Positions 40,091 to 53,500 of a stretch of 64,000 bases of DNA are shown piece after piece. The position numbers and the translations under genes are program-made. The stretch lies in assembly GCF_009914755.1 (NCBI RefSeq), contig NC_060937.1, one strand, 5' to 3'. The notes beneath the pieces are model-generated. The model had not been told where the DNA came from, searched no databases, and saw only the letters and a list, made by a program, of their open reading frames with translations. Numbering within the stretch: the first letter of the stretch is position 1; each line of letters begins with the position of its first letter. Source of the DNA: the human T2T-CHM13v2.0 reference genome, Homo sapiens.

Positions 40091-41035
40091 CAATCCACTC
40101 GTGATTTTTTAACCAACATCAAACATTATTAAAAACCTTATTAAAATTTTTAACCAACATCAAACCTTATTAAAACATCTCAGCCTCTGCTCTTGGTCCT
40201 GAGCTCATGAACTGTGGTTGCCACTAGAGCAACTGTTAATGGAAACACAAATTTCTGATACAGATTAAATATTGAGCTGAACCCACTTTCACTAATTCAA
40301 CAAATTAGGCTTTCTTTGCCTTACTCCCAAAGAAAGTTTTGATCTTCTGTCCTCTTGGGACCTTGTCAGGTCTCTGACCCTGATCCTCTCTGCTCCTCCC
40401 AACTGCTCATCAGATATCAGGGTCACTGCCTCTTTGGCCCCATTTCTGATGGCCTTTGGGTTCTAGCTGCTCTTAACTTCTGCCAGTAAAAATCTTGGCT
40501 CCTATTACAACTTCAATGTAGTTCAAGTCAATGCTCATGTATTAAGCACCTACTAGCCCAAAGCACTTAAAGAGATGCGACGATATTCCCATGCATACCC
40601 TCGGGTGAGGTGCATGCTGGGCTCATTGAGTTATCACACAAAATGGAAAAAACCCTCTGGCTGAGACCCAAAGTGCTGCAGGCAGAGTCACATGCAGGGG
40701 CAGAATGGGAGGCAGCCTCAGAGAAGGGGCGGCCTTTGACCTTAAAAGATGAGAGTTCAGTAAGGAGAGCATGGGTGCAGAGCTTTGAAAGCGCAAGATG
40801 TTTATTTAGTCATCCATTCATTCAACAAGCATTTACTGAGCACTTGTCATGTGCCAAGCACTGGGTTTGCATTCCTGCTCTGTCACCGTATGATCCTGGT
40901 GTATGATCTTGGATGCTGTAACCTCTCTGTGCCCCAGTTCCCTCAAGTATAAAACCATAACACTTAGCTATCTCACAGATTCGAGTGCTCTTCGGACAGT
41001 GCCTGCTACATATGAAGTGCTCCATGAAGGCTTAC

Positions 41036-41113
41036 CGATACTGTTGTTGTTATAAGTTGAACAAATGATTGCCTTAAATGCTGTATCTGCCACCGAAAAG
41101 CTCACAAACATTG
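41036..41113 (-). pseudogene. Exon (78 nt): QCL*AFRWQIQHLRQSFVQLITTTVS
   Basis: TTTTTATATCCACTGCTCTAG acceptor and CG|GTAAGC donor; phase 0/0. Confidence 0.7.
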
Positions 41114-41428
41114 CTAGAGCAGTGGATATAAAAATGAATAATAACACTTCTGTGTACTTTCCTGGGAAAGGTATCCTATGATGTTTTTGTGTGTGAACCA
41201 CATCCCTTTCCAAATTCTTGCAAATGAAAATGTCTGTGTGTGTTGCTGGCTTTCTCACAAATTCCACTCATGGCATCTGTACTCTCCATTCAGAACTTCA
41301 CATCAGTCTGCGCTTCATGTACTAAAACACTCTTGCTTCCATTTCTGCCACCCTGGATTATCGTTGCCTTTGGGCTCTGCCTCTCTTGTCCTCGGTTCTC
41401 TGATGTTTTTTACAAATATGGGGCGTAC

Positions 41429-41657
41429 CGTGCTGGGAGCGGGGGCACACAGTGTGTGGAGAATGAATGAGCCAGTGGAGTAAGTGACCCAGATCTCTGA
41501 GGGGAGCACCACAGGTGGGCCACATGGCCACCCCAGAGAGCCTCCATAGGATAGTGGCCCCATCGTGCCCTGAGTGGGGCTTGGTGGACTCAACGGAAGA
41601 GGAGGCGGTGCAGAGAGGAGGCGGTGCACCCGGGAGCTTGTGCTCCAGTCTGCAGAC
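41429..41657 (-). pseudogene. Exon (229 nt incl. 16-nt duplication): VCRLEHKLPGAPPPLPLSPPSPTQGTMGPLSYGGSLGWPCGPPVVLPSEIWVTYSTGSFILHTLCAPAPST
   Basis: Removing the tandem 16-mer at 41598-41628 gives an open 71-codon frame between the AAG acceptor and ACG|GTACGC donor. Confidence 0.65.
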
Positions 41658-41800
41658 CTTGAGGAACCACAGATGATTTTGAGCGGGGGAGTAACAGGAC
41701 ACAAACTGTTTCCAGAAGACAGAGGGGCAGCAATAGGAGCCTGGGCGAGGAGCAGGGTCAGGAGTGGGGAAGACAGGTCATCCTCTCTCTCCACTCTATG

Positions 41801-42020
41801 TCAGCAGGTCTCAGCCAGGAACAATTTTCCTCCCCCTCCCCTCAAGACATTTGGCAATGTCTGGAGACATTTTTGGTTGTCACCAGTTGGGGGTGGGGGT
41901 GCTACTGGCATCAAGTGGGCCAAGGCCAGGGAAGCTGCTGAACATCCCACAGAACTCAGGACAGCCCCGCAAACAAACAATCCAGCTCCAAGGGTCAACA
42001 GTGCGAGACTGAGAGCTCTG
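41801..42020 (+). mobile_element. MER20 (hAT-Charlie)
   Basis: GACATTTGGCAATGTCTGGAGACATTTTTGGTTGTCAC...GCTACTGGCATC. Confidence 0.9.
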
Positions 42021-42182
42021 GCCTGGAGCACCTCATCAATAACACTCCGCTCCCAGAATTGAGTCTCCAGCCTTGACAGGTGAGGCTCCTTCCACGCCCA
42101 CGCTGTGAAGGGTCTGCAAACCAGGAGGACCCTGCTTTTTGCTGGGGCAGACTGTCCCCTTCCCTCTCCCTGTGCATCCCAC

Positions 42183-42275
42183 CTTGTCTTGGAAATGAGC
42201 TTGCAATGGAAAGACTCGCTCTGTGGCAGGCTGCTGGGATCTCTAAGGCACTGGATTTACATTCATTATCAACCA
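42183..42275 (-). pseudogene. Exon (93 nt): WLIM/CKSSALEIPAACHRASL/LQAHFQDK
   Basis: CTTTCCTTGTTACAG acceptor, AAG|GTGGGA donor; homologous to 39741-39833. Confidence 0.75.
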
Positions 42276-42971
42276 CTGTAACAAGGAAAGCATGGATTCT
42301 ATTTGGGCAATAAGCCAGCTCAGAGGCTTCTGCACAACCCCAGAGACCCCGCCGTTATTGCTGGGAACACACATGGCAGGAGTGTCATGGCAGGGACCAG
42401 GAGAACACGGCACCGGTCCCCCACCCCAGCTGTGAGCCACCGCAGCTTCCTGCAGCCACTCCTCTCTCACCAGCCCCATGGCCACTTCTCCTCTGGAACG
42501 AATGTCAGCCCCACCTGGCTCCTCTTCTCTTGTCTTCTGCTCACCTCACCTGACCTCATCCATCCCCACATCGCTTCAATTCTCAATAACTGGAAAATTC
42601 GCATCTCCAGTCCAGACCTATCTGTTAAGCCCCTACACCCCGCAGACATCTTCATGGGAATGTGAGGACCACCTCAGCCTCCACGCTCCCGATGAACTCA
42701 CAGTGGCTCTGTGCCCGGGCTCCTGCTCTGCTGCTCCCAATTGTCCAAGCTGGAAAACCCTAAGCATCCTCCTTGTCTCCTCCAGCCCCTGCCTCTGCCA
42801 GCAGCTGACCGCCACCAATCCTCCGCACTGGCCTCCCTGTGTCCCTGTCCCTGTCCCCTCCCACCACACCCTCACACGCCCGTCACTCCACCTTCTGTGC
42901 AGGGCCATGGGCAGCACTCCTGGCCACCCTCACCACATGCCATCACATTTTCCTGCTCACATTTTCCATGA

Positions 42972-43292
<321 letters not shown>

Positions 43293-43555
43293 AACTCCAA
43301 AGTTCTTATTTGTTTGTTTACCTTTTGGATCCTGTTTGTATTTCTGTCAGTGACTTTGGGGATGATGTAGATAAATAAATGCATCAGAGAGCACTTGTCC
43401 ATTCATAATGGCCCCTGGTCTTCACCACCTGTGAGACAGTAAGACAGTTGGTAGTGGCACCATTTCACAGGTGTGGAAACTGAGGCCAGCAGGTGGAAGA
43501 ACCAGACTATTGGTGCTTCAGTAACTGGGCAGAGCTCGGGGGAGAACCCAGCTAC

Positions 43556-43693
43556 CTGGCTGGTCCCATCCTGGGGTCTCCTGGCACCCTATCCCACTAT
43601 GGTGTACCCAGCCCTTTCTGGAGAAATGTCACCTTGGAGCACAAGTTTACAATCTGTTGGGTCCAAGAGAGGAGGAGGTCACTCTGTTTTCTC
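43556..43693 (-). pseudogene. Exon (138 nt): EKTE*PPPLLDPTDCKLVLQGDISPERAGYTIVG*GARRPQDGTSQ
   Basis: CCTGCATTACAG acceptor, CAG|GTAGCT donor; phase 0/0. Confidence 0.7.
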
Positions 43694-44073
43694 CTGTAAT
43701 GCAGGCAGGGCCAGAATGGAACTGGCACAAAAGTGAATGGAAAAGGCCTGGAAACACGCCAGCCCCAGCAGCCTCCTCCCCACTCCCAGCTCCTCCACAA
43801 CACTGGAGGGTTTATTTGTTCAATTACTCTCCCCAACTTTGAACCTTGTTGCTATTCTAGTTTGCACATTCCTCCAAAGTCATTCCCCTTTTTGCTAGAT
43901 GACAAAGTTACAGTGAGAGGAAAGAAACCAGGGTCAGTGGTTTTGTCAAACCAGCCTAGCTCAGCCCAGGCCATCGTCCACTGAGTTACGTAAACAAGAC
44001 CTCAAGCAGACGAACGAGGGTCTCCTTCCCTTCTCCCCTACCCCAGCCCCTCTCCAGACTCCCATCCCCCAAC

Positions 44074-44386
44074 CTCTGTCCAGTTGACCAAGATCCCTCT
44101 GGATAGCAAGGACCTAGCTCCGGAAAAGTGCTCTGAACGCAGCCACGCTGTTGAGACAGGACACCCGGCTGGGCTCTGGTCACGGCTTTGTTCATTGTGC
44201 AAGTCAAGGACAGGGCACAGGATGAGTCCCCTCCTCCTCTGGTCATGGAATCTTCACTTGTACTCTGCAAGGATGGACTGATGTTTCAAGGACCAGGAGG
44301 CACGAGTGATCCTATGAAATGGGTACCCTGCCCGTAAGAGCCTGATGACACACGGGACCCCAGTTACCTCTACACTGTGGCTCTCC
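44074..44386 (-). pseudogene. Exon (313 nt): ESHSVEVTGVPCVIRLLRAGYPFHRITRASWSLKHQSILAEYK*RFHDQRRRGLILCPVLDLHNEQSRDQSPAGCPVSTAWLRSEHFSGARSLLSRGILVNWTE
   Basis: CCCCATCTTGCCTAG acceptor, GAG|GTTGGG donor; 104 codons with a single TGA. Confidence 0.75.
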
Positions 44387-44617
44387 CTAGGCAAGATGGG
44401 GAGCAGAGCACAGGCTAGCAGTGCCGTCCCTGGACCCTGCGTCCTTGGATGGGGCAGCAGGAACAAATGCCAGTCCTATTTCCAGTTCTCTGAGAAATCT
44501 CCATACTGTTTTCCATTAATATGGGGCCTCCGTTATTGCTCTTTCTCTGTTATATTACAATGGTTCCACAATATCTTTAAGTCCTTGTGTTTTAAGAACA
44601 GCCCAGGGTTTATCTCA

Positions 44618-45172
<555 letters not shown>

Positions 45173-45417
45173 TCAGAAAAGTTTTCTGTCTATATTTAGA
45201 CACATAACTGGCTGTCTTTAAAAAAATAAAATAGGCAAGGCAGGCTTCCTTTGGCAGAGCAAACATGTCCACAATCCCACAGACCATCCTTCAGTTGTGG
45301 AAAAACCTCCCGAGGCCAGGGCTGCCTAATGCAGCTCTTGCTAGGAGCCCTCCCAGCCACAGAGCCCTGTTGGTGATCCCAAAATGCAGGGAGGGACTGG
45401 GGGTGCAAACAACTCAC

Positions 45418-45523
45418 ATGGAGACTTCTCTGTTCCAAAGCAGCACCTACATGCTTGGGCAAGTGCCTGGGATAAGTCATTGGTCCCTTGGCAGGGACAT
45501 TTTTTCCTCAGCAGACAGGGGTT
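45418..45523 (-). pseudogene. Candidate exon (106 nt): NPCLLRKKCPCQGTNDLSQALAQAC/VLLWNREVS
   Basis: Consensus AT|GTGAGT donor supplies the phase 2 needed by 44386; acceptor weaker; inferred frameshift. Confidence 0.45.
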
Positions 45524-46206
45524 CTGATGACCAGGTAGGTGGGAGCAGGTGCAGGTGTGTGATTGGGGCAGGGCAGGGCAGGGACCAGGAAGGTAGGAGA
45601 TCAAAATCCACCCCAGGGCTTTCCAGCCAAGACTGCCTTTAAGCTAATGGTTTTCAAAATGAGATATTGATTTTGAATCCTACTTCTTTCAAAAACCTGC
45701 ATCAGCAAGCCCTGTGCCAGTGCTTGTGATTTAATAACCCAGAGTGAGAGTCTCCGCTTGGGGCTGAAGGGGCAGGGCTGATTGTTAATGTTCTGAGCAT
45801 GCCAGGGGATGAAGGCCTCTGTCGGAGAAGCTCAGGTAACCATTTCCCTAGTGGTCCTCCCGCACCTGCACCCCCTGGCTAAAGCTGTCCCTGCAGGCCT
45901 GTTCAGTCGCCAACCTCACCTCTCTGCCCAGCTCCTCCTTCTTTTTTCCACTTAGACCAGGGGCGATGTTTGCCCACCTGCCCACCAGGTGAGGTGCCCT
46001 TACCCACCTAAGACAGCACCTGGGGAGGCAGCATGGCTGAGGGGGATGACTTTGGTGCCAAAAAGACCCTGGGGCCAAATTCTGGTGCCATCATTTGCTA
46101 ACTTTGGAAATATCATTTAATTTTTCCAAACCTCAGTTTCATCATCTGTAAAATGGGTACAACCACTTCAGTCACAGACTCTTGGTTAAAAGTAACAGAA
46201 ACCCAG

Positions 46207-46511
46207 CTGGGCACGGTGGCTTATGCCTGTAATCCCAGCCCTTTGGGAGGTCAGGATGGGAAGGTCACTTGAGCTCAGGAGTTCAGGAACAGCCTGGGCA
46301 ATATGACGAGACCTCATCTCTACAATTTTTTAAAAAATTAGCTGAGTGTGGTGGCGCACACCTGTGGTCCCAACTATTCAGGAGGCAGAGGCAAGAGGAT
46401 CACTTGGGTCCAGGAGGTCGAGGCTGCAGTGAGCTGTGACTGCACCACTGCACTCCAGACTGGGTGGCAGAGTGAGAAGTGAGACCCTGTCTCAAAACAA
46501 ACAAACAAACC
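46207..46511 (+). mobile_element. AluJ-like inserted in an MLT1-type LTR fragment
   Basis: TSD AAAGTAACAGAAACCCA; flanks resemble an MLT1 terminus. Confidence 0.9.
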
Positions 46512-47101
46512 AAAGTAACAGAAACCCATTTGAACTGGCTTAAGCAAAAAAAAAAAAAAGTGATTTATCAAGGGGAATCTGTGGTATGTCATGAAATCCA
46601 AGGAGGAGCTCAGCTGAAGAAGGCTCAGCAATCCACAACACTACCTCCTGAGAATGAGGGAAGGTAGGGGTGCTACACAGAACAGGCTTATATCAGGGCC
46701 TGGCACACAGTCGGTCCTTACATGTTGGCTGGTATGATTTCTAAGTGACTGGCACCCTACCCCAGTGTCTCTATCTGAAAAGCAAGGTTTCAGATCTAGA
46801 TACAAAGAGATTTCACCACATTTGTGAACTTTATGTCTGCTCTGTTAGCATCCTTAGCATTTCTAATTAGCCAGCGGAATTTTCCAGGCATACTTAGGGA
46901 TTTGTTCTATCTCATTTGTTTAATTTTTCCAGCCAGAGCCTAACTTCTTTCTGCCTTGCTCTGCGGCAGAAGCAGAGGCACTGGGGCTGGGCTGCAGACA
47001 GGAGCCTAGGGCCGGCGGGGTCCCCTTCTGCTCCCCTCTGCGGTCATGGAGCAATGCAGATGTGAGCCCATGCTCATCATTATCACCATCTCCGTGCTCA
47101 C

Positions 47102-47278
47102 CTCACATCTCATCATCCCCATGGTTTCTGTCGAGTTCCTCAGGCTCTTCCTGGAGGTCCCCTGCTCTCTTTCTGCATGTAGCATCACCCGTATCTGTAG
47201 GTGGCTGCTTTCCAGGGACCTCAGGGCCATGTGCCACACACACAGCCACCTCGGTGGCAAAATATTTAATCAAGCCAC
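47102..47278 (-). pseudogene. Exon (177 nt): GGLIKYFATEVAVCV/WHMALRSLESSHLQIRVMLHAEREQGTSRKSLRNSTETMGMMRCE
   Basis: GGCTCACAG acceptor in phase 1 (matches 51045), GAG|GTGAGC donor; inferred 2-nt slip in a (GT)n run. Confidence 0.75.
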
Positions 47279-47424
47279 CTGTGAGCCACACAAACAGACA
47301 CAATGCACCGTGTGTCCAGCATAGCTTTGGAATCGGAAAAACCTGACTTTAAATCCTAACTCCATTGTTAACTAGTCCATGACAAAGCAAATCATGTACT
47401 ATCCGTATTTTACCCCAACTTCTT

Positions 47425-48945
47425 ATTTTGAAAAAAAAATTACATGAAAGTTACCATCTTACCCACTGTTAAGTGGACAGTTCTGTGGCATTAAGTACAT
47501 TCGCATTATTGTGCAACCATCACTACCACCCATCTCCAGAACTCTCTCCACCTTGCAAAACTAAAACTCTACAGCCATTAAACCACTCCTCAGCCTCTCC
47601 TCCCTCCAGTTCCTGGCAGCCTCCATTCTATTCTCTCTTCTATGAATCTGACTACTCTAGGTTCTTCATACAAGTGGAGTAATTTAGTCTTTGTCCTTTC
47701 TTGACTGGCTTATTTCACTTACCATAATGTCCTCAGGGTTCATGATGTTGTAACCCATGCCAGAATTTCTTTCCTTTTTAAGTCTGAGTAATATTTCATT
47801 GTGTGCATATGCCACATTTTGAATTTTGAATGAATTTTATCCATTCATTCATTGTTGAGCACTTGGATTGGTTGCTTCCATGTTTTAGGTATTGTGAATA
47901 ATGCTACTATGAACATGGGTGTACAAATATCTCTTTAAGACCCTGCTTTGAGAATATACCCAGAAGTAGGATTTTTGAATCATATAGTGGTTCTATTTTT
48001 CATTGTTTGAGAAACCTCCATACCGTTTTCCACAGCAGCTGCACCATTTTCCATTCCCACCAACACTGTACAAAGTTTCCAAGTTCTCCAAATGATCACC
48101 AACACTTGTTATTTTCTGTTTTTTGTGTTGTTTTGTTTTGTTTTGTTAGTAGTCATCCCAACAGGTGTGTGGTTTTATCTCATTATCATTTTTATTTGCA
48201 TTCTTCTTATGATTAGAGGTATTGAACACTTTTCATGTGCTTATTGGCCATCTGTATATCTTCTTTAGTGAAATATCTATTCAAGTCCTTTAGATGTTTT
48301 TGCATTGAGTGTTGACTTTTTTGTTGTTGAGTTTTAGGAGTTCTCTATATATTTTGGATATTAATCCCTTATCAGGTATGTAATTTGCAAATATTTTCTC
48401 CCACTCTGTAAGTTGTCACTTTACAGTATTTATAGTATCTTTTGATGCACAAAAGTATTTAATGGTCATGAAGTCCAGTTTATTTATTTTTTTAACCTGT
48501 GCCTTTGGTGTTATACAAAGGAAATCATTAGCAAATCCAATATCATGAAGTTTTCCCTAAGTTTTCTTATAAGAGTTTTATAGTAATAGCTCTTACGTTT
48601 AGGTCTTTGATTGATTTTGAGTTAATTTTTGTATATGATGTTAAGTAAGGCTGCAACATTATTCTTTTGCATGTGAATATCCAGTTTCCCCAGCACAGTT
48701 TGTTGAAAAGACTGCCCTTTCCCCATTGAATGGTCTTGACACCCTTGTTGAAATCATTCAACCATATATGACAAATCAACCAAAAATGGTTTATTGGGCT
48801 CTCTATTTCATTCCATCTGTCTATATGTCTCTCTTTATGCCACTGCCACACAGTTTTGATTAGTGTAGCTCTGTAATAAGTTTTGAAATCAGGGAGCATG
48901 TGTCCTCCAACTTTGTTCTTTTTCAAGATTTTCTTGGCTGTGGTA
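47425..48945 (-). mobile_element. L1 (L1MA/L1MB-like) ORF2 C-terminal region + 3' UTR
   Basis: ORF 48567-48926 [35 protein letters not shown]...SLFNK.CW.NW is L1 ORF2p. Confidence 0.95.
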
Positions 48946-50055
48946 TTTTTAGCTTTAATTTCACCATCTGCAAAATGGGGATGATATTTGCACCTGCCTC
49001 ACTGGATCACGTGTGTGTGTGTGTGTGTGTGTGTGTATTAAATGAGGTAAGATGCGCAAAGCACTTAGCATTTTGCCTGGAATATAGTAAGTTATATATT
49101 TAAAATATTTAAAATTTCTATTAACATAAAATGATACAAAAATTCTTTAAGGATTTATTGCCTCTTCCAAACTGTGGAATTCCCACAACTGTGATGTATC
49201 TTTTGTGACACGTACATCTCTGAGAAGACTCATTTAGAATCTATTACTAAATACTAGGGTACATGTCAGCTTCCCTGTGTTTACTGGTCCCATCTCAGCA
49301 TGAACAACTCTAGACTAGGGAAGTCACACCAGTGTTCAAACCAAGCTTTGCCACATCATAACCAAACCCCAGGATGAGACAGTCTCTCTGTGCTTTTGGT
49401 TTTTTAATATTTTTTAAATGGGCATAATAATACTTTCTTCAGAGTCTTTTAGGGTGGGGGCAGGTGAGGGTGAGTTTATGTAATGTGTATGGAAAGCCTT
49501 AGCTCTGCACCTTGCACAGTCAGCACAAAATAAATTCCTCCTGCCTGCCCATCTCTCCCTGTCCCCTTTCAATTCTGCTTCAGACAGCTTGTTTCATAGC
49601 TTTTCTGCATCTCCCATGAAAGAGGCGCATGCCACGGTCTCTGACATGAGAGAATTCACTATCTCTTTAAGGAAACAAGAATAACCTCCTAAAACAGAAG
49701 CAAAACAACCCCACATCCTGCCCTTGAGGAAGCGCCACGTCCCTAAGGGTTTGAGGAGTTGACCACTGGTTCAGCAGTCACCAGGCCCTGCTCAGCCAGG
49801 CATCTGAAGACCATGGTGTTCTATGTTCTAAAACACGTCCCAAGGGCTCATTTACATATTCATCAGGAAGTAGCAATTGAGGGTCTGCCACCCAGATTTG
49901 GACCCACCTGTCCCCCTGTCTCATACGAAGGCAGATCAGCACAAAAATACAATCCAGAATGATGAGTGCAGTGGGGTTAGAGCTGGATCTAACACCAGCC
50001 TCCATCTGCTTCTGTTTCCTGAGCTTCTTCAAGGAAAAAAAAAAAAAAAAGCTAG

Positions 50056-50371
<316 letters not shown>

Positions 50372-51044
50372 GAAACACAGAATTTTCCTAGTGAGTTAGG
50401 TCCAAGTGACAGAGCAACCCACAAGTTTTCCAGGTACCGTGTTATTGTGTGGATGCCCCCAGCTTGAGGTGCAGATTGTCTGGGAAAGCCCTGAACCCTC
50501 TCCCCTCAGGCACGAGCATGAGGCTACCTGAGGAGGGACCGGAGAGGTGGGTCAGCAGTTCCCTCCTCTCTGCTGCCCAGAAGTTCGACAGGAAAAACAA
50601 CATCCTAAGGCACCAGCAGTCGTGCAAGAACAAAGCTTCCAGCCCAAGGTTCTTCGCACTTCCTCTTCCCTTGCTCCACCTAAGTCTTCGTCTCTGTGAA
50701 GTGATGTGCAGTTGCTGTGCTGGGAAACAAATCTCCTGACTCTGACATAAAAGGACGTGTTTTGTGCCTTGCTTAGTTTCAAAGGTGAAGTCAATAAAAC
50801 ATCGATGATGCTGGCACCATGGACAGGAATAATGCCCCCAGGGCCCCTTCTAATTATTGGCTGTAAAATTTTGTATTCCGCCTTGAAAGAATGTGAACAG
50901 TTACTCTGTTAAATTAATGGGAAAACTGTCCAAAGTATGAGATAATTAATAGTTTATCTTCTATAATATTCTATAATACAAGACAATGAGATGATTTAAA
51001 AAAAAAAACTTCAAATTTTAAAAAATAACGGCAAATGTCCTCAC

Positions 51045-51139
51045 CATGGAGGTTCATGAACCGGGCGTCCTTGTTCACCTCCACGGCGGTGAGATTCATT
51101 ATTCCCTGGGACTGTGACACAAGGTCCTCCCAGGACATG
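51045..51139 (-). pseudogene. Exon (95 nt): (S)MSWEDLVSQSQGIMNLTAVEVNKDARFMNLH
   Basis: Long pyrimidine tract + CAG, G|GTGAGG donor; phase 2/1, open frame. Confidence 0.85.
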
Positions 51140-51497
51140 CTGGTACCAGAGAGGAAGCCAGGAAAACAGAAAGAGCAGGGAAGAGTTCATTTCGGGAGGA
51201 AAAAATACAGCCTGGAAGCATTTATTAAAACCTGGGCTTTATGTTATTCAAAATTTGAGAGGAGAAAAGATATTTACAGACTCTGCAGCAACTACTATTT
51301 TTCATCAGACACCTCAAAGTATTATTCAGATGTTTCAGATGTACTGAGGTATCAAAATTCTCAAAGATATAATTTTTTTACTCACCAAACATGAAACAAT
51401 GTCTATTGATCATTCAGAAATTTTGAGGACACACAAGGACTATGGGTTTACAACAAAATATGGAGACTACAACTTATAAATTGCTAGTAAAACACAG

Positions 51498-51530
<33 letters not shown>

Positions 51531-53107
51531 TATGCGCAAACACACAGAACCCACAACCCATGCCAACACCACTGCCCCTTAAAAGATGTTTAATCCATGT
51601 TCTTAACCACGTTATACAGTTTCACAAACTTGGTCACATCTCTGAATAATGGAAATAACTCCAATAACCTTTGGAAGCTTTAGATAATTCTGCAAAACAT
51701 GGCGGGACTTTAACTCTAGTAAGCGCAGGACAGCTCTGGCTCTGTTCTTTTACTACTTACATGGCAGCTTCCACCCAACCAGGATGCCACACATGGCCCA
51801 TCCAATCACCCCAGCACACGTGGCGGTGAACTTGGTCTTCCTGACAAAGAGAGGCAGCCAGCTCACAGAGCAGCAGAGTGTGACCCAGTCGGGGACCCAG
51901 GGCATGCTCATTCTGCCCTTGGGAAGATGGCCAGGCCCCTTCCTGTATCTCAGCTGCTTCTCTCAGACCCTAGGTTGATGATTCCGCATCTGAGTTGCTG
52001 CTTGGGTAAAAAGAGTAGGATTGTGGGGGCATACGGACCACACCATCAGATATGGGCAACAAATATCTTAAAATGAAACAGCAGTTTGTGACCTCATGGA
52101 GTGTGGATTCATTTCTGCATAATGCTTGTGTGTGTGTGTATTATACTCTAGTATATCTGTATATTTAGAATAAATATACAGATCTGTATATTTAGAATAA
52201 ATTCTGGAGGAATATTACCAAAATGTAATTAATGGTTATGGCTTTGAGGCACAATTTTAGGATGCTTTAAGTTTTTGTTTTACTTTGATATTTAATTTTT
52301 TAATGAGCATGCATTAGTTCTGAAGAAAAAATGTTTTTAAAAAATTTTAAAGAGCAAGTATGCAAAATAAGAAGTTCAAACACATCATTTTTACATATGA
52401 TCAGACGTGGTTTTATTAATGGCAAAGCGAGTTACTAAAAATAAGATTTGCCCAAAGAAGCAGAAATGAGGCCCTGTGTGTTTCCTGCCATCCCATCTTT
52501 TACTCCAAAATGAATAAAGGATAGTTCATAGGATCCCAATGTTTAAGGATGCTAATTTTTCTTTAGCTTTGACCTGAAGTTATTTATTTAATGAATGAGA
52601 AGAACTAATACATTTAATGTGGAAAATCTGATCACAATTTATACATGATTTTTTGTTTTTGTGAGTTCAACACTGGACTCTCATTTTTCTGTTCTTTTTT
52701 CATGTAATATTCCATAAACGGTTGTATTCTACCATGTCATTCAATGTCAGATCATAAGCATTTTCCCACATTGTCACAAAGTCTTCAGAGACATTTTAAC
52801 AGCTGTGTAATAAACAACTGTGTCTTGGGTGATTTGGCCACTTGCTTATCATTGGCCTTTTAGGTCTTTCATCAGCTATTAGAAATAATCATTTATTCCT
52901 CAACTCATTCATCCACAAATCCAACGAATACCTCTTCAGCACTTGCTCTGCCCGAGGCCCTGTGCTAAGCACTGGGGGATCATCCAACACAGTCTCCCTA
53001 GCTGAGGACAAATGTTAACCAACCAGCAGCTGCACCGTCGCACACCGAATTGACTGCTTTGACAAAGAAGCAGAGTTTGAGGAGAAGTTAGACCTTGAGA
53101 ACCTGGC

Positions 53108-53500
53108 TGTTAGAGGATAAACTGTGTGCATCCTCCCAAACTCATAGGGTGAAGTCCTAACCCCCAGCACCTGACAGTGGAATTGGACTTGTAAGTAGGA
53201 TCATGGCAGATTGACTCAGTTAAATGAGGTCATCAGGGCAGGCCCTAATCCAATAAGACTGGTGTCCTTATAAAAGGGGGAAATTTGGACACACACAGAA
53301 AGAAAGCCGTGTGTACGTGAAGTTGGCCTTCTAAAAGCCCAGGAGAGTAGCTGGGAATAGATCCTTCCCTCAGAGCCTCAGAAGGAACCACCACTGCTGA
53401 CACCTTGACCTTGGACTTTCAGCCTCTGGAACTGGGAGAAAACTCGTACCTGTTGTTGGTGCCACCCGGTCTGTGGGGCTTGGTTTTGGCAATCGTAGAA
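53108..53500 (+). mobile_element. MLT1A/B-type MaLR solo LTR
   Basis: GGCCCTAATCCAATAAGACTGGTGTCCTTATAAAAG...GCTGACACCTTGACCTTGGACTTTCAGCCTC. Confidence 0.9.

Noticed and set aside
50442-50719. Alternative phase-1 exon after 51045, giving a 140-aa ORF ending ...LKLGASTQ
   Set aside because: In frame and open, but the exon at 47278 has better splice sites and continues the chain; probably chance, at most an alternative lncRNA exon
50846-50871. Possible third copy of the 870/4440 element (AAAATTTTACAGCCAATAATTAG on the minus strand)
   Set aside because: Similarity limited to ~24 AT-rich bases; flanks do not align
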